A stretch of DNA of 64,000 nucleotides. Source: Candidatus Marinacidobacterales bacterium (lineage in GTDB: Bacteria; Acidobacteriota; Vicinamibacteria; Marinacidobacterales; DATDRI01). A program made the translations under genes and the position numbers. This document shows, piece after piece, positions 57,434 to 64,000 of the stretch; position 1 is the first letter of the stretch, and each line of letters starts with the position of its first letter. The notes beneath the pieces were generated by a model. That model saw nothing but the letters and a program-made list of their open reading frames with translations, was not told the DNA's origin and searched no databases. The DNA lies in assembly GCA_965219415.1 (NCBI GenBank), contig OZ244742.1, positions 1,664,001 to 1,728,000 on the forward strand, written 5' to 3'.

Positions 57434-59131
57434 TTACTTCGCTCGCGGGGCAAGCGACTGGATCATTCTGCTCGCCATCTTCCAAGGCGCGAATCGCTTG
57501 GGCGGCCGCAGAGTCCCCGTTAGGTACTGTCTGCGGGCCTCGTTTCGCCGAATCTTGCCGTTCGACGTTCTGGGCAGCGTTCCCGGTTCCAGAACGCGCA
57601 CGTTGTCCGTAATCAGTCCGATTCGGTCAAGGATCCTTTGACGGATCGCGGTGATGGTCTGCGAATCGGTCGAAGGGTTACTGGCGCTGCTTCTTTCTGC
57701 AAGCACGACGAGCTCTTCCCTTTCACCGTTTTCGGGAACAATTCCGACCGCCGCCAAGCATCCGCTGCGCACGTCGGCGAGACCGTCCAAAGCGTGCTCG
57801 ATATCTTGAGGCGCATAGTTACGCCCGCGCAGGACGACGAGGTCCTTGTTCCGGCCATACAAGTAGAGCTCCCCGTCGAAGAGGAAGCCCGCGTCCCCGG
57901 TATCCAGCCACCCGTCCTGCAACCCCTCACTCGTGATAGAAGGCCCGCGGGCCAGCACGCGACCCACCCGTCCGGCTTCGAGCTCCTCGCCGTCTCCGTC
58001 GGCGATCCGGATCTCGTATCCTGCGAGCGGAGTGCCGACGCTGGCAAGATCCTGCCCCTCGGCCGTGATCCGAGCGATACCGTCTCCGGCCAGGGCACCG
58101 CGGTCGAAGGTGTGCACTTGCACGGCCCTCAAGGGATCTGAGAAAGTCAGCGCAAGAGTCGCTTCCGCTAGTCCGTAAACAGGAGTAAGGGACTCCTCGC
58201 GCAGGCCGTACCGACGAAAGCGTTCCTGAAACCGACGCAACACGATGGGCGTGACCGGCTCCGCGCCGTTCAACGCCAGGCACCAGGAAGACAGATCCAC
58301 TCCTTCGAGCTCTTCATCACGAATGCGATCGGCGCATAAACCGTAAGCGAAGTTAGGGGCCGGGCTGATCGTCCCGTGATAGCGAGAAATAATGCGTAGC
58401 CAAATCGCGGGGCGGCTCACGAAGTGCTCGGGTGGTATGAGGATCAAATCGCTGGGATGTGCCAGGCTGGTAAACACCGAGCCCACCAATCCCATGTCGT
58501 GATAGAGCGGCAACCATGATACGGCGGTGTGCCTGAACTCAGGCCCTTCCGGGTACGGTTTCAATATCGTCTCGCGGATCGCCTCCACGTTGGCTAGAAT
58601 TTGACGGTGCGTTAGCCGGATCGGCTTGGGCTCGCTGGTCGTGCCCGAGGAAAACTGGATGAGTGCCAGATCATCCGGCAAAGAGGCGACCGGTGCTAGT
58701 TTTTTACGAGGCAGGTCTTCCATCGCAATGAACCCCATCTCGATCTCGGTCAGCTTTCTCGTCCGACCCAAAAGCCTCCCCAACATCCGTTGGGTCAGCA
58801 CGAGTCGCACTGCACTCTTCCTCAGCATCGCCGACGTTCGTTGATGGTATTCGTCCAATCGACCGAGGCGGAAGGGCGGATAGAGCGCGACGGGTACAGC
58901 ACCGGCGAGAACGACTCCGAAAAATGCTTCGTAAAAATCGATCGAAGTGGGAAGGATAATGGCCACCCGGTCTCCCGGCCCGATTCCCAGTTCCTGCAAC
59001 CCTCCCGCCGCCTGCGACGCTCGACGATGGATCTCCCGATAGGAGTAGAACGTTTCCCTCTCCCAACGATCGATGAAACGAACCCCGCGTTGGGAGGCGG
59101 ATGCGCCCTCAACGAGATGTCCTAGGGTCAT
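57434..59131 (-). CDS. Fatty acyl-AMP ligase (FAAL, FtpD-like)
   Basis: IQFSSGTT..PK, SWLPLYHDMGL, APNFAY, YGLAEATL, WLDTGD, LPRTSNGK. Confidence 0.88.
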   Translation of the reverse strand: MTLGHLVEGASASQRGVRFIDRWERETFYSYREIHRRASQAAGGLQELGIGPGDRVAIILPTSIDFYEAFFGVVLAGAVPVALYPPFRLGRLDEYHQRTSAMLRKSAVRLVLTQRMLGRLLGRTRKLTEIEMGFIAMEDLPRKKLAPVASLPDDLALIQFSSGTTSEPKPIRLTHRQILANVEAIRETILKPYPEGPEFRHTAVSWLPLYHDMGLVGSVFTSLAHPSDLILIPPEHFVSRPAIWLRIISRYHGTISPAPNFAYGLCADRIRDEELEGVDLSSWCLALNGAEPVTPIVLRRFQERFRRYGLREESLTPVYGLAEATLALTFSDPLRAVQVHTFDRGALAGDGIARITAEGQDLASVGTPLAGYEIRIADGDGEELEAGRVGRVLARGPSITSEGLQDGWLDTGDAGFLFDGELYLYGRNKDLVVLRGRNYAPQDIEHALDGLADVRSGCLAAVGIVPENGEREELVVLAERSSASNPSTDSQTITAIRQRILDRIGLITDNVRVLEPGTLPRTSNGKIRRNEARRQYLTGTLRPPKRFAPWKMASRMIQSLAPRAK

Positions 59132-59132
59132 T

Positions 59133-59390
59133 TCAGACACTTTGGTGACTCTCCGCGAGTCGCCGATCGATGAGCCGAACGACGTCCCCAACCGTTTCGA
59201 GACCTTCTTCGTCCCCAGAGTCGAAACGAACCCGGAAGTGGTTTTCGAGCTCGACAACCAACGTCAGTTGTTTCAAAGAGTCGAGCTGCAAATCGTCAAT
59301 GAGATGAGTCTCGTCGGTAACGCGAGAGCTCACTTGAAGGTGATCCCGAATCACCTTGCGCACACCCTCTAAGATCTGTTGCTGGGTCAC
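59133..59390 (-). CDS. Acyl carrier protein
   Basis: DLQLDSL phosphopantetheine Ser motif, VVELENHF, TVGDVV; GTG start overlaps the upstream stop. Confidence 0.88.
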   Translation of the reverse strand: MTQQQILEGVRKVIRDHLQVSSRVTDETHLIDDLQLDSLKQLTLVVELENHFRVRFDSGDEEGLETVGDVVRLIDRRLAESHQSV

Positions 59391-59956
59391 GCGGACGGCC
59401 TCGCAGGAATGAACCTGTGTCGGTTGCCTAGGTGCTTCGCGTATCCACAATGAGTGGCGAGTGCATTTTCCTCGCAACGGATTCGCGTGCGGAGTATCCA
59501 GGCGTTCAAGAGACTGAAGCCAATCGCTGTAAACCAGGCGGTGTGAATGAGAGGGATAGCTAGACCTTCCATAATCACCGCGACGTAGTTTGGATGGCGC
59601 AGGAAACGGTAGGGGCCACCGGTGACCGGGCGCGCGCCCGGCACGACGATGACACGAATGTTCCAATAAGGCCCGAGTGTCAGGACTGCCCAGTATCGAA
59701 GTGCCATGGCGCCAATGGCGAGGACAAGCATGGGGTAGCCGAGAACGGGAACGAAGGCTCGGTCGAGGAGGACGACTTCCGCGCCACACGAGAAAAGAAA
59801 GACGCCATGAAGCAACTTCATGAAGCCGGCGTGCTCTTGGCCAAACTCCTTGCCACCTCGCTCGAAGGCCCACGCGGCGTGCCGGCGACTCAAGCCGACC
59901 TCGAAGAGGCGCTCCGCCGCCACGAGCCCTAGGAAGACAAGATAGGGTGTCACCAT
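59387..59956 (-). CDS. Isoprenylcysteine carboxyl methyltransferase family protein (SrsB/BpsB-like)
   Basis: ERLFE, GGKEFG, LRYWAVLTLG..WN.R, GPYRFLRHPNY, RIRCEE. Confidence 0.88.
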   Translation of the reverse strand: MVTPYLVFLGLVAAERLFEVGLSRRHAAWAFERGGKEFGQEHAGFMKLLHGVFLFSCGAEVVLLDRAFVPVLGYPMLVLAIGAMALRYWAVLTLGPYWNIRVIVVPGARPVTGGPYRFLRHPNYVAVIMEGLAIPLIHTAWFTAIGFSLLNAWILRTRIRCEENALATHCGYAKHLGNRHRFIPARPSA

Positions 59957-60999
59957 CGCAGTAGCACGAGCTCCGAGCAAAAACCGGGCCCCATGGCCAG
60001 CATCAGGCCATGGCTCCCCACCGGTGGTCGCTGCCGTTCCATCGTGTCGCGCAACACCATCAGGACCGATGCACTCGAAAGATTTCCCACCGATCTTAGG
60101 CTCTCCCACGTAAGCGCCAGGGCCTCGGGGGGCAGCTCGAGGACCTCCTGGAATGCTTCCAAGACCTTGGGGCCTCCCGGATGGCACACATAGCTCGAGA
60201 TATCGCTGCGGCTCAATCCCCGCTGGGATAGAAATTTGTCGACGTCTTCACCAATGTGCTCTTGAACCATGCGCGGAACATCAGCGGACAAGACGACACG
60301 GAAGCCCTCTTTTGTAATGTCCCAGCCCATGACGTTCTCGGTGTCACGGTAGAAAACCGATCGGCTGTCGACCACCGTGGGACCTCCATTCGCTCGGTTG
60401 CCGCCCACCAGTATGGCTGCCGCCGCACCGTCCCCGAAGAGTCCGCTGGCGATGATATTTGGAATCGATAGATCCTTGCGTTGGAGCGTCAGACTGCACA
60501 GCTCGACGGAAAGGAGTACCGCGACTTGATCCGGGTGGGCGCGCAAATAGTCCGCGGCCCGTGCCACCCCCGCCGCGCCGGCGAGACATCCCAACCCAAA
60601 GATGGGCGTGCGCTTCATGTCGGCGCGGAGTCGCAGTCGGTTCGCTATCAGCGCATCGATCGATGGCGTCGCGACGCCTGTGGTAGTGACGAAGAAAATG
60701 TGATCTATCTCCTGAGCATCGAGACCGGCGGCCCCCATGCCGTCGATGATGGCTCGAGCACCGAGCTCTACCGCACAACGGATGAAAGCATTGTTCGTCG
60801 CGGTAAACGAATCGAGCTCCTCGTACTCCTCGAGCGGCAGAGCCAGGTGGCGCCCCCCGACCAAGACGTTCTGGTGAAGGCTCTCCAACCGGTCGACGTT
60901 GTAGTGGCGCTTCGCCCAATGTTTCTTGAAGGCATCGACGAGCGTCTTTTGATCGTAGTAATTGCTAGGGAAAGCGCGGCCGACCGCGGCGACTTGCAT
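59950..60999 (-). CDS. Type III polyketide synthase (SrsA/FtpA-like)
   Basis: Catalytic triad GLGC(L)AG, HPGG and GNLSSAS; LFGDGA, MGPGF. Confidence 0.93.
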   Translation of the reverse strand: MQVAAVGRAFPSNYYDQKTLVDAFKKHWAKRHYNVDRLESLHQNVLVGGRHLALPLEEYEELDSFTATNNAFIRCAVELGARAIIDGMGAAGLDAQEIDHIFFVTTTGVATPSIDALIANRLRLRADMKRTPIFGLGCLAGAAGVARAADYLRAHPDQVAVLLSVELCSLTLQRKDLSIPNIIASGLFGDGAAAAILVGGNRANGGPTVVDSRSVFYRDTENVMGWDITKEGFRVVLSADVPRMVQEHIGEDVDKFLSQRGLSRSDISSYVCHPGGPKVLEAFQEVLELPPEALALTWESLRSVGNLSSASVLMVLRDTMERQRPPVGSHGLMLAMGPGFCSELVLLRW

Positions 61000-61000
61000 T

Positions 61001-61732
61001 TTACTTCTCAGATGGTCCGAGGGCCGTCTCCGTGAAGAGCTCCGGGGGCAAGTTCTGGTTGATGCGAAGCTCGTTCAGTGAGAGGACGGTTTTGCTTTCG
61101 CCGATAAGACTTTTCATTTCGATGCGGTGGGCCATGGGGACAGCGCCTACTTCGCGGATGTCGGTGAGACGGGCCTCTTTCAGCGGGTCGAGGTCCTCGT
61201 CGAAAAATACAGCTTGCACCGTCACGAAGTTGTCTTTTCTCACTCAGCCGCGGAGCTTACCGTAGGCAATGCGGTGGCCGAGGGACTCCTTCCATGACGT
61301 AGCAGGGAGTGTCGTCGATCGATTCCTCGCCGACTAGACGATGCTGCAGATCGTCGAGATGGGCCGCCCCAGCCAGATCGGCGTAAGAGATGTCCGACCG
61401 AGAAACGGATCGTCCTGATTGCGCCCGGCGATCGGGCGGACCAAATCGAAATTCGGGAAGTAAGCCCACTGGCGGTTACGTTTCCCGCGTCGGGCGACGA
61501 TTAGAAAGCGCGTTCCCTCCAATTCCTCCGGTTCGAGAAGCGTGATGACGGCGCGATAATCGACTCCCGCCCGCCGCATGATGAGCTCGAAGACTCGTTT
61601 CTTCACCTTCCCTTCAGCAACGATCTCCATGTGGACTCGGGCGGAAAGATCTTTGATCTGCAGGTCGAGTTCTTTCGCATGAGCCACGATCGCGCCGGCG
61701 GAAAGTTGCGCAAGGAGCAGGAACCCGATCAA
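61001..61732 (-). CDS. LolA-like outer-membrane lipoprotein-sorting protein, frameshifted
   Basis: P..L.GTRFL, QWAYFP...VRPI, F.GSDISYADL, YGK..., INQNLPPELFT across frames. Confidence 0.7.
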
Positions 61733-62949
61733 AGGGCGGCCTCCTCGCGTCGCAAGTAGAGCTTCATACCGGCCACGAGATAGACGATTCCGAAGATCAC
61801 CAGAGCAAGCAGGCTCGGCGCAATGTCGGCGAGGCCCCGCTCACGCAACATGAGGTCGTTGAACGCTTCCATCGCCCACGCGGTTGGAAATAAATGCGCG
61901 AGTTTCTGGAGCCACAACGGCTCAATGGTGATGGGCCACCAACAGCCTCCGATCGCGGCCATCGCCATGATAGCGATGGTGCCCAAAGGAAGCACAGAAT
62001 CCCGGGTCGGAGCGAGAGAAGCCACCAACAACCCGAACGACGCGGCTGCGAAGCTCACACCGATGATGACCAGCCCTATGGCCAACAATGAAGGACCGAG
62101 GCTTACGGCAAAGACGGCGCGGCCGAACGCGAACAGGATCAACATCTGCACGACGCCGATGATGCAACGTGAAGCCACTTTGCCGGCGACGACGCTTCCC
62201 GCGGAGGTCGGGCTCGCGGCAAGGCGATACAAGATCCCCCAACCCCGCTCGTCGACGAGACCCAGGCCCACGCCAAGGAGCATCCCCAGCATGAGGAATG
62301 TAACGCCGAAGCCCGGAACGTTTTGGTCAAATGCATTGAAAGAGGTCCGTGCGCTGGTCAGACTTTCCTCATCGAGGACCACCGATTTGCCGACGAGGCG
62401 CGAGGCGAGCTCACTCGCGTCTTCGGTCACCTCCTCGAAGTCCACGTCTCCCGCGTAAGTCAATACTTCGACGACCGCGACGCGCGCCGCCACTTGCGTT
62501 GTCACCAATGCCGCCTGGGCGCGACGCACCTCACTCTTGATCCTCAGGAGCTCCAGGTGCTTCACCGGATCCGTCAACAAGAGGAGACGCACCGATTGGC
62601 CCTTCCGAAATCCGCTGGTGAACCCGTAGGGAATGACAAGCGCGGCGCCGGCCTCGCCCGTCTCGGCAACCAGGCGCCGGGCCTCTTCGTCGCCAACCTC
62701 TTGGAGCCGCACTCCCGACGCTTCTTTGAGCGAGGCAACGAGCTCGTCGGCAACGTCGCCACCGTCCAATTTCGCGACCGGCAAGAGGAACTCTGTCTCC
62801 GAACCTCCCCGACTCCCGTAGAACGTGGAAAGGGAGAAACCCGCTACCGCGATGACCACGATCGGCGCAAGTACCAGGAAGATTAACGCTACGCGATCGC
62901 GCGCAAGGAGGCGCAGGTCCTTGGCTACCAGCACCAGCAGTCTTGTCAA
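61729..62949 (-). CDS. ABC-2 type transporter permease
   Basis: KDLRLLARDR, LVIPYGF, ERGWG...RL...P, GGCWWP, PTAWA. Confidence 0.85.
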   Translation of the reverse strand: MTRLLVLVAKDLRLLARDRVALIFLVLAPIVVIAVAGFSLSTFYGSRGGSETEFLLPVAKLDGGDVADELVASLKEASGVRLQEVGDEEARRLVAETGEAGAALVIPYGFTSGFRKGQSVRLLLLTDPVKHLELLRIKSEVRRAQAALVTTQVAARVAVVEVLTYAGDVDFEEVTEDASELASRLVGKSVVLDEESLTSARTSFNAFDQNVPGFGVTFLMLGMLLGVGLGLVDERGWGILYRLAASPTSAGSVVAGKVASRCIIGVVQMLILFAFGRAVFAVSLGPSLLAIGLVIIGVSFAAASFGLLVASLAPTRDSVLPLGTIAIMAMAAIGGCWWPITIEPLWLQKLAHLFPTAWAMEAFNDLMLRERGLADIAPSLLALVIFGIVYLVAGMKLYLRREEAAL

Positions 62950-63062
62950 AGCGGTTCCCCCCCGGGCCCGGTCGCCCGCAAGCCCCATACTAGCCGCTTA
63001 TCCTCGCGGGAAGGACACGAAATACCGTTTGAGGTTAAGCGATTTAAAGTCAATTACTTGTA

Positions 63063-63101
63063 ATACTTGACAAAAAAGTCATATATCTGACACAATAGGC
63101 T
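63063..63101 (+). promoter_or_regulatory. Rrf2/IscR-type operator overlapping a sigma-70 promoter
   Basis: ATACTTGAC-AAAAAA-GTCATATAT imperfect palindrome resembles the IscR type-1 site; TTGACA at 63067; TG-a-CACAAT at 63088-96. Confidence 0.6.
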
Positions 63102-63105
63102 CGCC

Positions 63106-63606
63106 ATGAAGGTCACCGCCCAAGAGGAATACGGGATCCGGTGCCTGCTTCAGTTGGCTCGGCGAGCCGGTAACGAAAAGCCGGTCACCGTCCGGGAAGT
63201 TGCCGCCTCGGAGAGCCTATCGCCCGCTTACGCGGAAAAGCTCCTCCGAGTGCTCAGCCGAGCTGGCCTCGCAGAGTCGATTCGAGGCACGCGGGGAGGG
63301 TATCGCATGACAAGTTCTCCGGAGCGAGTCACCCTGGGCGACGCCGTCCGTGCCCTCGGCGGTTTCGTGAGCCAGCCAGAGATGTGCGCGAAGTTCACCG
63401 GACACGACGACTGCTGTGTCCACACCACCGACTGCGGATTGCGCCCGGTGTGGTTCACGGTGAACATGCACGTCCAGAAGATTCTCGACAGCATGCCGTT
63501 GAGCATGGTGTTGCAGGCGGAAAACAAAATCACCACGCGATTGGACGAGACCATCACCTCGTTGAACCGCAGCCTCGTCCCGTTGCAGATCTCTGCGAAA
63601 GTGTGA
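63106..63606 (+). CDS. Rrf2 family transcriptional regulator with Fe-S cysteines
   Basis: EEYGIRCLLQLA, Y.EK.L..L..AGL..S.RG..GGY; C-x7-CC-x5-C cluster. Confidence 0.9.
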   Translation: MKVTAQEEYGIRCLLQLARRAGNEKPVTVREVAASESLSPAYAEKLLRVLSRAGLAESIRGTRGGYRMTSSPERVTLGDAVRALGGFVSQPEMCAKFTGHDDCCVHTTDCGLRPVWFTVNMHVQKILDSMPLSMVLQAENKITTRLDETITSLNRSLVPLQISAKV

Positions 63607-63611
63607 CCGAC

Positions 63612-64000
63612 ATGAAAGCCCTATCGAGCCTAGCAGACCCAACGTGGTCACAGGTGGCTCCCGTCGATGAAGATTCGAGTGTCGGTGTGAACACCTGGGC
63701 CGAAGAAACGCAGGAGGGGATCGAGGAGGAGACCGAGAAGACCGAGGAAACCATAGCCAGTGAGACTACCGAGCAGGCGGTAGCATCCCCCACCGATGTC
63801 GGCTACTTTTTGAATGTCGCGGGCCGCTATCCACTGCTCACGGCAGACCGAGAAAAGGAGCTTGCTTCGATTCTGTGGAGCGCACGTCGACGCCTGGTGC
63901 AAGTGATCGGGCTCGCGCGCCGAACGGGAGGCAACACTAGAGTCGAAGCTCCCGCCCCCATCCGCACCCCATCGAGGATATTGTCCCCGAACGCGCGGCG
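63612..64000 (+). CDS. Sigma-70 (RpoD/RpoS-like) factor, partial (runs off the window)
   Basis: Acidic N-terminus then region-1.2-like DVGYFLNVAGRYPLLTADREKELA; starts 5 nt after the Rrf2 stop. Confidence 0.6.
   Translation, partial: MKALSSLADPTWSQVAPVDEDSSVGVNTWAEETQEGIEEETEKTEETIASETTEQAVASPTDVGYFLNVAGRYPLLTADREKELASILWSARRRLVQVIGLARRTGGNTRVEAPAPIRTPSRILSPNAR

Overview
GC-rich bacterial chromosomal DNA (about 60% GC by eye). Gene content (CRTAC1/FG-GAP, PQQ-propeller, DUF5916, HEAT-repeat and PD40-kinase remnants, sulfatase, Tat amidases) suggests Acidobacteriota, e.g. Vicinamibacteria-like; this is inference only. More than 20 frameshifts, many at homopolymers, suggest an unpolished long-read or metagenomic assembly, so most split genes are treated as probably intact. 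Main blocks: (1) secreted peptidases and hydrolases. (2) A small accessory hotspot with two divergent PIN toxin-antitoxin pairs, a kinase remnant and a decayed DUF222-like/HNH nuclease gene with a structured leader that hides its Shine-Dalgarno. (3) A nucleobase-catabolism cluster: two different molybdenum hydroxylases (one resembling selenium-dependent XDH), a D-aminoacylase, an SsnA-like amidohydrolase and an LLM oxidoreductase. (4) A Liv-type ABC/acyl-CoA ligase operon interrupted by a giant secreted protein with two GH-like barrels and PKD domains. (5) A type III PKS-methyltransferase-ACP-FAAL phenolic lipid cluster preceded by an ABC-2 permease and a LolA-like gene, divergent from an Rrf2 regulator plus sigma-70 operon. 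Its expected SrsC/FtpE-like flavoprotein lies about 38 kb away next to an acyltransferase. No rRNA, tRNA, CRISPR array or transposase was recognised.
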